DNA of 25,501 nucleotides, taken from the IMG/VR virus record IMGVR_UViG_3300027907_000553, one strand, 5' to 3'. Below the pieces are notes generated by a model, which was given only the letters and a program-made list of their open reading frames with translations, did not search any database and was not told the DNA's origin. Positions within the stretch are counted from its first letter, which is position 1. Each line of letters opens with the position of its first letter. This document shows positions 1 to 7,344 of this stretch, in pieces. Source of the stretch: an uncultured virus (IMG/VR IMGVR_UViG_3300027907_000553) (taxonomy: Duplodnaviria; Heunggongvirae; Uroviricota; Caudoviricetes). The position numbers and the translations under genes were made by a program.

Positions 1-111
1 GGAGACGAGTCGGTTGCGGCTGACGGTCTAGTGGTGGTACGGTTGCCTCGCGCCGATCCTCTGCGCGCGAGGCTGCTACCGCTCCGCGTGTGAAAGACTG
101 AGAGGGAAGCG

Positions 112-324
112 ATGCCGCATGACCGTGCCCAACAGCGCCGCGTCTTCGAAGAAACGATTGCCCGCGTGATGGCGGAGTACGCGCCTGCCGAGGATGTCAT
201 GGTGGAGGCCAAGGCCCTGGACGAGACCGGGCAGTCGATCGTGGTGGCCCGCTATAAGCTGCACACCGATGGGCAGGTCGAGTGTTTCGAAGTGCTCGAT
301 GAGGTCCTATGGCCGAGCCTGTAG
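112..324 (+). CDS. Small hypothetical phage protein
   Basis: 70 aa ORF, purine-rich GAGGGAAG upstream, co-oriented with operon. Confidence 0.65.
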   Translation: MPHDRAQQRRVFEETIARVMAEYAPAEDVMVEAKALDETGQSIVVARYKLHTDGQVECFEVLDEVLWPSL

Positions 325-334
325 CCAGGGCGGG

Positions 335-370
335 CGGTAAAGGTGTCACTACCCTGGAAGGGATTGCAAT
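335..370 (+). CRISPR. Solitary CRISPR-repeat-like unit (type I-D-like: CCCT-GGA-AGGG hairpin + ATTGCAAT handle)
   Basis: TACCCTGGAAGGGATTG (350-366) is identical to 24961-24977; hairpin followed by an 8-nt ATTG(C/A)AA(T/C)-type end. Confidence 0.5.
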
Positions 371-372
371 CT

Positions 373-1413
373 ATGGCCGAGTCTTTGAATGCCCAGATCG
401 CCGATGCCTTCACCGCCCGCTTGCTCCAGGTGGGCCGGGCCGAGACCCGCCAGCGCCAGGAGGCCTGGGCAGCCCTACTCTTGCTGGAGCAGGATCTGTT
501 GCATGCCCTCCGCGAGGCCGATCCGGCACAGTTTAGCTTTCTCGTGGCGCGGCGGCGGGCCGTGCAATTCCTGATGCGCGATGAGGTGGACCCGCTCGTG
601 ACCACGCGGTACGCGCAGATCGCTCGTGACGTGGACGCGTTTCTCATCGCCCTGGCCGAGCAAGAGGCTAGCGTCACTCGGCGTATCGTCAATACCGAGA
701 CCGAGAGCCGGACGATCGACGACATGCCCAGCGAAGCGGCCTTGCGCCGTGCGGTGCGGCAGACGCTCATTCCCAGCCCGGCGACGCCGACCGACCTGAG
801 TACCACGGGGGACGACTGGTGGGGCCGTGCGGCGGCCGGGGTGGTCACCCGCGTGGGCGATTCGCTGATGGTGGGGGTCAGCTTGGAGGAGCCGCTTCCG
901 ACGCTCGTCGCACGGGTGCAGGGGACGGCGGCCAACGGCTTTCAGGACGGGATTATGGCCAAGGCCAAGGAAGACGCGGCGCGGCTCTTGCGCACGCAGA
1001 CGACCAATGCCGTCAGTGAGGCGCGCGTCAAGGTGGCAGATAGCAATGCTGGCACAGTACTGATTGAACATAGTGCGGTGCTTGATAGTAGAACTAGCAC
1101 TATATGCTTAGGGCGTCATGGCTTGCGCTATACCGTACCAGAGCACGAGCCTGTCAATCATAGCGTACCGTATCTGAATGGACCACCATACCACTATGGT
1201 TGTAGAAGTACCATGATACCAGTGGTTCCTGGAGGCGGACGTGTGCCGCAGGAGAGCGTGAGTACATGGCTTAGTCGACGGGACACGGCGTTTCAGGATG
1301 CGGTCTTAGGGCCAACACGGGCACGCATGTGGCGGGCAGGCACGCTTGCTCCACGTGCGCTGATCGACAGTCTCACGGGCAAGCCGTTGACGCTCGAGGA
1401 GTTAGGTGGATGA
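373..1413 (+). CDS. Phage head morphogenesis protein (Mu gpF / SPP1 gp7 family)
   Basis: RTQTTNA...HSAVLDSRTSTICLGRHG...PPYHYGCRST motifs and C-terminal GKPLTLEELGG; start is ATG373 or GTG343. Confidence 0.92.
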   Translation: MAESLNAQIADAFTARLLQVGRAETRQRQEAWAALLLLEQDLLHALREADPAQFSFLVARRRAVQFLMRDEVDPLVTTRYAQIARDVDAFLIALAEQEASVTRRIVNTETESRTIDDMPSEAALRRAVRQTLIPSPATPTDLSTTGDDWWGRAAAGVVTRVGDSLMVGVSLEEPLPTLVARVQGTAANGFQDGIMAKAKEDAARLLRTQTTNAVSEARVKVADSNAGTVLIEHSAVLDSRTSTICLGRHGLRYTVPEHEPVNHSVPYLNGPPYHYGCRSTMIPVVPGGGRVPQESVSTWLSRRDTAFQDAVLGPTRARMWRAGTLAPRALIDSLTGKPLTLEELGG

Positions 1414-1616
1414 CCACGCCTGCGGATTTTCGCCCGCGCTGTCGTCAGTTTCTGGCCGACCTGGAGGCGCTCTGTGCCCGCTATGCGGTCTATATCACCC
1501 CGTCAGGTTACGATATGCTGCAAATCTGGAATGCCTCCGTCGAGGATGCCGGGGGTTTTGATCTCGGAGCCATTGAAGATTGTACCGAGGAGGAACCGGA
1601 CGATGCCTCTGCTTAA
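1410..1616 (+). CDS. Small hypothetical protein
   Basis: ATGA overlap with MuF stop, SD-like GAGGAG/AGGTGG upstream. Confidence 0.7.
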   Translation: MTTPADFRPRCRQFLADLEALCARYAVYITPSGYDMLQIWNASVEDAGGFDLGAIEDCTEEEPDDASA

Positions 1617-1662
1617 GCCCTCGCTCCACGGGCAACCCGCTGACCTTAGAGGAATTAGGAGC

Positions 1663-1956
1663 ATGAATGCGTCCACGCTCCTCGCACGCAATGAGATCAT
1701 GACGACGCGCGTCTTACAGGGCGAGACCTGTCGCCGGGTAGCCCAGGACTATGGACTGTCCGTTACGCGCGTGCAGCAGATTGTGCGGCAGACGCTCCAT
1801 CACGTCTGCTGCACCCAGGCAGTCAGCGAAGTCCCCCTCCTCCCCCTCGACATGCTGCGAGCGTATTATGCCCGCGAGAAAAGTTTGCGGGGGATGGCGA
1901 TGGTGACCGTGCCGCCGAGGCGCCCGCCCATGTTATTAGAGGAGTTAGGCGCGTGA
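1663..1956 (+). CDS. Small HTH DNA-binding protein (Mor/sigma-r4-like)
   Basis: GETCRRVAQDYGLSVTRVQQIV helix-turn-helix pattern; AGGAG immediately upstream (alternative start 1603). Confidence 0.65.
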   Translation: MNASTLLARNEIMTTRVLQGETCRRVAQDYGLSVTRVQQIVRQTLHHVCCTQAVSEVPLLPLDMLRAYYAREKSLRGMAMVTVPPRRPPMLLEELGA

Positions 1957-2150
1957 TCACCGACGCGTACCGCTTCCTCACCCTCCAGGGGGAACCGGCG
2001 CTGCTGTGTCTGCTGTGCAATGGCATCAGTTTTCATCCCCAGGATATTGATTTCGTCTACTGTGCCACCTGCTACGTCTGGCTGGAGCGGGTCCCCCGAA
2101 CCTATGATCCCGCGCAAGGTCCTTACGGGCAGACCGCGAAAGAGCCGTGA
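1953..2150 (+). CDS. Small zinc-ribbon protein
   Basis: CLLC...CATC; GTGA overlap, SD GAGGAG. Confidence 0.7.
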   Translation: MITDAYRFLTLQGEPALLCLLCNGISFHPQDIDFVYCATCYVWLERVPRTYDPAQGPYGQTAKEP

Positions 2151-2347
2151 TGACCACGCGTGATGCCAGGTACACGCATTGGCAGCAACAGCCTGACGAC
2201 GAACTCGACTATGAGCCGGAGCCGGGGTTCTACGCGTCGCCCGACGCACCGCCAGACCCGCCGACGGTCTTGGAGCGGGTTGAGGCGTTTCTCAGCGCGG
2301 AGCATCGCCGCCGCACGGCGCAGGAGGATGCATGCCCGGAACCTTGA
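2147..2347 (+). CDS. Small acidic/Pro-rich hypothetical protein
   Basis: Overlapping stop and start with neighbours. Confidence 0.6.
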   Translation: MMTTRDARYTHWQQQPDDELDYEPEPGFYASPDAPPDPPTVLERVEAFLSAEHRRRTAQEDACPEP

Positions 2348-2550
2348 CGCTCACGGGCGAGGTGTGGCTCCCTGCGAGGCTCATGGCCGGGCGGACGATG
2401 GTGGCCATTGAGGCCCTCCTGCATGCGCATGGTGCGCTCCCGCAGCAGGCGCAGAGTCTGCGTTGGCGCCTCGATGCCGAAACACCGGGGAGTTACCGGC
2501 TGACCTATACCTTTACGCTGCCCGAGGAGAGTCTGGAGGCGCCCACATGA
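2332..2550 (+). CDS. Small hypothetical protein
   Basis: SD AGGAGG upstream, coupled to next gene. Confidence 0.65.
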   Translation: MPGTLTLTGEVWLPARLMAGRTMVAIEALLHAHGALPQQAQSLRWRLDAETPGSYRLTYTFTLPEESLEAPT

Positions 2551-2909
2551 CCTCCTGTTGTGCTTGTGCGCACTGTCAGTGCCTGTGTCATCATGATTTG
2601 ACCATGCAGGACTATCACCAGATGACGCAGGAAGTCTTACTGGGCGAGCGGTTAGCGGGTGTCGCGGCGCGCTGGCAGACCAATACGTCCCAGTTGCGGC
2701 AGGTCATCGCGCAGGTCTGTTATGCGGCGAACCCTGCACGGTATGAGCAGCACCGCGAGGGCGGGGGCAAAGTGTTGGAGAAGTTACGCATCTATGCGAC
2801 GGATTATGGCTTTGAGGCCGCGCCCACGTATGCGGCCTGCCGGCGTGAGCGGGAAGCGCGATATGACAGAATCTCTGATACTCGACGGCCGACTCGTGCG
2901 CCCCATTAG
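2547..2909 (+). CDS. Hypothetical protein with Cys/His-rich N-terminus and possible HTH
   Basis: MTSCCACAHCQCLCHH; LLGERLAGVAARWQTNTSQLRQVI resembles the HTH of 1663-1956; SD GGAGG. Confidence 0.6.
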   Translation: MTSCCACAHCQCLCHHDLTMQDYHQMTQEVLLGERLAGVAARWQTNTSQLRQVIAQVCYAANPARYEQHREGGGKVLEKLRIYATDYGFEAAPTYAACRREREARYDRISDTRRPTRAPH

Positions 2910-3084
2910 TGCGGCGACGGAAGCCTTTGTCCGGGCGCACCTGCCCAGGACGCCGGCGCTGTACGGGCGGATTTGGGTGGTGGAGACCTGTTGGATCGCT
3001 ACCTATCGTCATGCGGTGGGACAGCCTGGCCAGTTTGCCGGGTGGGCCTGTCTTAACCCCCGCCAGGAGTTACCGGATGCTTGA
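2863..3084 (+). CDS. Small hypothetical protein
   Basis: MTESLILDG... in ORF 2659-3084; ends overlapping the next start. Confidence 0.5.
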   Translation: MTESLILDGRLVRPISAATEAFVRAHLPRTPALYGRIWVVETCWIATYRHAVGQPGQFAGWACLNPRQELPDA

Positions 3085-3304
3085 TGCGCACGTCTGGGAA
3101 CGGCTCGAACTGCATGGGGTGACGGAAGAGCACCTGCGCATGTTGGCGTGTGCTCTGGAGCTCCAGAAGAATGGCTCCCTCGCCTGGCATTTTGCGCACG
3201 GCCATCTCTCGCAATGTGACCTGCGCGTGACGTTTGCGGCACGGCGAGCAGAGGTGGCGCGGGTGGAGGAGGCCTTTCTTGACGATACAAGCGTGCAGCG
3301 CTAG
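3077..3304 (+). CDS. Small hypothetical protein
   Basis: SD AGGAG, MLDAHVW... in ORF 2909-3304. Confidence 0.65.
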   Translation: MLDAHVWERLELHGVTEEHLRMLACALELQKNGSLAWHFAHGHLSQCDLRVTFAARRAEVARVEEAFLDDTSVQR

Positions 3305-3319
3305 CCGAAAGGAGGCCGC

Positions 3320-3652
3320 GTGCAGGCGGACTGGTTTTATCGTCTCGCCACGAAGGCGAGTCTCGTCGCCGGATCGGCCTGGATGTTTCTGGGGTCCCTG
3401 TTGGCGTTCGGGCTCTGGCTGGTGGCCGGGCCATTCTTGCACTGGGGCGAGCTATGGCATTTAGTCCCAACAAGTCTTTTGACGTGGACGACGTGGGTCC
3501 TGGTTGTATTAATACAAAATTCACAAATGAAACATGAGCAGGCATTACAACGCAAGCTCGATGAACTTATCCGATCAATAGACAAAGCCGATAATCGCTT
3601 GATTGGCTTGGAGAAGCAGCCACCCTCGGCGTGTCCACCGGAGGCTGGCTAG
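3320..3652 (+). CDS. Low-affinity iron permease (Fet4-like) membrane protein
   Basis: Two TM helices then LIQNSQ..HEQALQRKLDELIRSIDKADNRLIGLE, characteristic of the bacterial Fet4-like family; SD AGGAGG. Confidence 0.85.
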   Translation: MQADWFYRLATKASLVAGSAWMFLGSLLAFGLWLVAGPFLHWGELWHLVPTSLLTWTTWVLVVLIQNSQMKHEQALQRKLDELIRSIDKADNRLIGLEKQPPSACPPEAG

Positions 3653-3784
3653 GCGGGACGAGGCAGGGAACCAGGGCGGGTTCCGGCCCGCCCCAGTCTC
3701 CACACAGGCATTCACGAGTAGCCATGAGTGTAGCAGATCCTCCCCGGTCCTGCACGTCATCTGATCGCTTATACATTTTTCTGC

Positions 3785-3813
3785 TTGTCACACGTCGCCA
3801 TATCTAGTACCCT
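3785..3813 (+). promoter_or_regulatory. Putative sigma70 promoter of the RHH-TcmP-ParB/DUF5131 operon
   Basis: TTGTCA-17 bp-TACCCT; ATG 8 nt downstream with no SD (possibly leaderless). Confidence 0.5.
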
Positions 3814-3821
3814 GCCCGGCT

Positions 3822-3992
3822 ATGAAACGCATCAATGTATATCTCACTGACCAGGAAATTGCCGCCTTGCAGCAACTATCGCAGGACACGGGGCTCAAGT
3901 TTGCGGAGTTGGTCCGGCGCCTGATTGATGAAGGCATTGCGAGACGTGCGTCCGTGCGTGCTCAACCTTTGTCCGATATCCAGAAGGAGTAA
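3822..3992 (+). CDS. Ribbon-helix-helix (CopG-like) regulator, 56 aa, not in ORF track
   Basis: Translated by hand: MKRINVYLTDQEIAALQQLSQDTGLKFAELVRRLIDEGIARR...; beta-strand + two helices RHH pattern. Confidence 0.85.
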   Translation: MKRINVYLTDQEIAALQQLSQDTGLKFAELVRRLIDEGIARRASVRAQPLSDIQKE

Positions 3993-3999
3993 GCAACCC

Positions 4000-4737
4000 A
4001 TGCGATCTCGCACGCGCGACAAGGCTGGGTTTAGCGAGGCCTCGTATAAAAAGCATCACCTCCTCTGGCGTGCTGGGCGCGCGCAAACCTCGGCCTATCA
4101 TGTCACGCATCCTCAAGCTCGGTGTGTCATTATTGATATGCATGCGGGGGCTGGCGAGGGCATTGCGCTTCCCCAGCTTGATTTCTTTCGGGAAGATGTC
4201 TCGTTTCCGACGGCAACCTTGGCAACTCGACTGAGCGATATCGTCCAGGGGGATGTCATTCTATGCGAGCGCAAGGTGAAGGAGCGGCAGCAACTCACGC
4301 AGAAGTTTCCTCACGCAGTTATTCTGGCGGATCATGCGGATATTCCAGAACAACTGGGGCATGGGTATGATTGGGCACTCGTACTGAATGATCCCTGTGG
4401 CTATTCCGAGCACGGCATTGAGACGATGCAGCAGATTGCGTCGCAGGTGGCCACCGATTGGCTCATTGTCTTTAATGAGGGCTCGTTGATGCGCATACTT
4501 GGCATGCGCCCGGTGGTCACGCAGCAAGAAATACCCTTTGTTGCACGGGTACGGGCGGCACGCGCGCTCTATGCCTGGATGGCCGAACCCCAGGCGTGGG
4601 CTGCCCGATTGCGGGCGCGGCACATGGCCAGGACTGTCCTCATTCCTGCCTCCGATGGCTTTCGCTATCGTATCTTTGTCCTGAGCCGTATGCTGAGTGA
4701 TGCGGTCAAACGTGTCCCCTGGGAGATTGTCCTATGA
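4000..4737 (+). CDS. tcmP: Three-Cys-motif partner protein (TcmP-like Rossmann methyltransferase fold)
   Basis: KKHHLL...IIDMHAGAG (SAM motif I-like), ILCE, LNDPCG; directly upstream of a DUF5131 gene; SD AAGGAG at 3984. Confidence 0.7.
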   Translation: MRSRTRDKAGFSEASYKKHHLLWRAGRAQTSAYHVTHPQARCVIIDMHAGAGEGIALPQLDFFREDVSFPTATLATRLSDIVQGDVILCERKVKERQQLTQKFPHAVILADHADIPEQLGHGYDWALVLNDPCGYSEHGIETMQQIASQVATDWLIVFNEGSLMRILGMRPVVTQQEIPFVARVRAARALYAWMAEPQAWAARLRARHMARTVLIPASDGFRYRIFVLSRMLSDAVKRVPWEIVL

Positions 4738-6275
4738 GTCCTCTCACGATCCATCCAGAACTCCAAGCCCTTATTCCGCCCTTGACCGACGAAGAGCTAA
4801 GAGACCTTACGCGTAAATTGCAGCAGGAAGGCTGCCAGGAGGCCTTAGTTGTCTGGCAAGAAACACAGACACTCGTTGATGGGCATAACCGTTTGGCAAT
4901 TTGTGAGCGCTATGAGTTGCCGTACACCACGCGGGAAATGTCGTTTCCAGATCTGGACGCGGCGAAAGTATGGATGCTAGAGAATCAACTGGCACGGCGT
5001 AACCTGACACCCGAACAAATGAGTTATCTCCGCGGCAAAAAGCGAGGCGTAGTGGGACAGCCACATGGGGGCAACAGGAAATCAAGTGCAAAAACTTTGC
5101 ACTTGAAAACGGACGTACAACTTGCCAAGGAACACAAGGTTACAGCAACAACTATACGAAATGACGCTTCTTATGCGAAAAATGTTGATGTTATTGCTGC
5201 TGTTATTCCTGAAGCAAAACAAGCGCTTTTAGCACGTGATGCTAAGCTGGGACGTCACGAGGTCAAACAACTGGCCAGTATTGCCAGGGCGAATCCCCAG
5301 ACGGCACAGCATATCGTCTATACTGTCCGTGCGGCAAAGACGCCCAAGGCTGCCAAGAAGATCGTGCGTGATGCGCTGAAGGACCTGCCGAAGCCTGAGT
5401 CAAAGCCACTCCCAAACCCTGAAACACCTGCACTTATGTTGCAGCTTACGATCCAAGAAACAACGCCGAAAGCTGGACTTGAAACAATCAAGGCTGCCGA
5501 TGGGCGAGAGATGTTTATTCTGCATAAACCGGATTCCAAGTCCGTGTTTAATAAGACTAATGAGATGGTCGATTGGGCGAGTTGGACCTGGAATCCGGTT
5601 ACGGGTTGCTGGCATGGCTGTGACTATTGTTATGCGCGGGAGATTGCTAACGACACACGTATGATCGAGGCCTATCCGAAGCAGTTTGAGCCGACGTTTC
5701 ACCCTACACGCCTTGATGCCCCGAAAAATACGCCCTTTCCGAAAGAACTGACGCGGCCTGCGGATAAAAATGTCTTTACCTGCTCGATGGCAGATCTCTT
5801 TGGAAAGTGGGTACCACAACCCTGGATTCTTGAGGTCTTTGCCCGCGTTCGGTGCCATCCTGAATGGAACTTTCTGTTTCTGACCAAGTTTCCCCAACGG
5901 TTACTAGAGATTTGTGACGCCCTCGGCGGCTTTCCTGTGAATGCGTGGGTGGGCTGTACGGTGGATGGGCAAGCGCGGGTTGCGACGGCTGAGCGAGCTT
6001 TTCAACAGATTGAGGCCACCGTACGTTGGCTCTCGGTGGAACCGATGCGGGAACGCTTAACGTTTCAGAACTTGGCCATCTTTGATTGGCTCGTGATGGG
6101 TGGCCAAACGCAAAGCTATTTTAATAACACCCCGGCTTTTCAGCCCCCCTGGGAATGGGTCGAGCACTTATGGCAGCAAGCGCGAGTAGCAGGGGTAAAA
6201 ATCTATTGGAAAGAGAATCTCACGATTCGCCCAAAAGAAGTCCCGTGGGAGGCCTCGACCGATTCATCTGCATAA
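4734..6275 (+). CDS. ParB-like N-terminal domain fused to DUF5131 (gp37/gp68, radical-SAM-like) domain
   Basis: IPPLTDEE...LVDGHNRLAIC...NQLARRNLT (ParB-like); WNPVTGCWHGCDYCYA, FTCSMADLF, FLTKFPQR, WLSVEPM, DWLVMGG (DUF5131). Confidence 0.88.
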   Translation: MSPLTIHPELQALIPPLTDEELRDLTRKLQQEGCQEALVVWQETQTLVDGHNRLAICERYELPYTTREMSFPDLDAAKVWMLENQLARRNLTPEQMSYLRGKKRGVVGQPHGGNRKSSAKTLHLKTDVQLAKEHKVTATTIRNDASYAKNVDVIAAVIPEAKQALLARDAKLGRHEVKQLASIARANPQTAQHIVYTVRAAKTPKAAKKIVRDALKDLPKPESKPLPNPETPALMLQLTIQETTPKAGLETIKAADGREMFILHKPDSKSVFNKTNEMVDWASWTWNPVTGCWHGCDYCYAREIANDTRMIEAYPKQFEPTFHPTRLDAPKNTPFPKELTRPADKNVFTCSMADLFGKWVPQPWILEVFARVRCHPEWNFLFLTKFPQRLLEICDALGGFPVNAWVGCTVDGQARVATAERAFQQIEATVRWLSVEPMRERLTFQNLAIFDWLVMGGQTQSYFNNTPAFQPPWEWVEHLWQQARVAGVKIYWKENLTIRPKEVPWEASTDSSA

Positions 6276-6360
6276 ATAATGCTTGACTTTTCCCCAAGTT
6301 ATCCACAACCTTAGCGCATAATTCGCTCTCGCCCTCGGGCGAGATCCGCCTCTGTCTCTC

Positions 6361-6404
6361 ACGCGGCATTCGGGAACGCGCTTCCTGGATGCCGCGTTTT
6401 CTTT
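6361..6404 (+). terminator. Intrinsic terminator-like hairpin
   Basis: ACGCGGCATTCGGGAA-CGCGC-TTCCTGGATGCCGCGT followed by TTTCTTT. Confidence 0.6.
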
Positions 6405-6489
6405 GGTGCCTCTGGCTCTGCGGGATGTAGAGCCCCTGATCCCTGCCTGGCGGGATGCCGGGCCAACCACACACACCGAGAGGGTGCGT

Positions 6490-7272
6490 ATGGCGCTCAA
6501 GCAAGTCTATGACGCGCAGTTGGATATTCCCGGTGCCCTCATGGAGCACTACGGGGAAAAAGACGGTAAGTGGGTGCTGGTGCTCGACCCGCCTGCGGAG
6601 GATGTGAGCGGTCTGAAAAGTGCGCTCAACAATGAGCGGAACCTTCGCCGGGAGACCGAAAAGCAGCTGGTCGAGTTCAAAACGAAGTTTGAAGGCGTCG
6701 ACCCCGATGAGTTTCGCAAGATGCAAGATCGCGTAAAGGGGCTCGATGACGCCGATGTCTACGATAAGCAGGGGATCGAGGTCCTCATTGCCCGGCGTAC
6801 CGAGTCGATGAAAAACGACCACGAGCGGCAACTGGCGACGCTCAAGCGCGAGAACGACCACCTGAAAACCACGAGCGCTGACCTTGATCGCCGCTGGCGC
6901 CAGGACCGCATCAAAACGGCACTCCTTGACGCGGTCACCAAAAACGGTGTCTACGAGAAAGCTGTTGATGATGCAGTGCAACGCGGGCTTTCCGTGTTCA
7001 CGGACCTGGACGAGAAAGGGAACGTCATCGCCAAAAATGGCGACGATACGATTTACGGCAAAGATGGCGTCAACGCGCTCAACCCGAGCGAGTGGATTAC
7101 CACGCTCAAAGCCAGTGGCCAGGCGCCGCATCTGTGGCCGCCGTCGTCCGGAGGCGGTGCCCCGGCGAGTCATGGCGCCAATGGCGCGGGCGGCATCGAT
7201 TGGAACAGCATCACGAATCCGGCAGAACGCCTGACCCGCTTCCGCGAGTGGCAGGCGACGCAAACCCGCTAA
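6490..7272 (+). CDS. Capsid scaffolding protein
   Basis: Y.EKDGKWVL, GLKSALNNER coiled coil, APHLWPPSSGGGA C-terminal motif; immediately upstream of capsid. Confidence 0.85.
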   Translation: MALKQVYDAQLDIPGALMEHYGEKDGKWVLVLDPPAEDVSGLKSALNNERNLRRETEKQLVEFKTKFEGVDPDEFRKMQDRVKGLDDADVYDKQGIEVLIARRTESMKNDHERQLATLKRENDHLKTTSADLDRRWRQDRIKTALLDAVTKNGVYEKAVDDAVQRGLSVFTDLDEKGNVIAKNGDDTIYGKDGVNALNPSEWITTLKASGQAPHLWPPSSGGGAPASHGANGAGGIDWNSITNPAERLTRFREWQATQTR

Positions 7273-7344
7273 CTCCTCCCCTGACGAGCCTCCTGGCATG
7301 GCGCTGAGGCAGGGCGAGGGAACATCCGTGGAGGAAACATCCCT

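Noticed and set aside
1..111. Possible end of an upstream gene such as the portal
   Set aside because: No frame could be assigned with confidence
309..536. 75-aa ORF starting at ATG309
   Set aside because: Out of frame with and overlapping MuF; better read as the duplicated MuF start
3925..3999. ORF-track start of the TcmP-like gene at 3925
   Set aside because: Overlaps the RHH gene; ATG4000 has an AAGGAG SD
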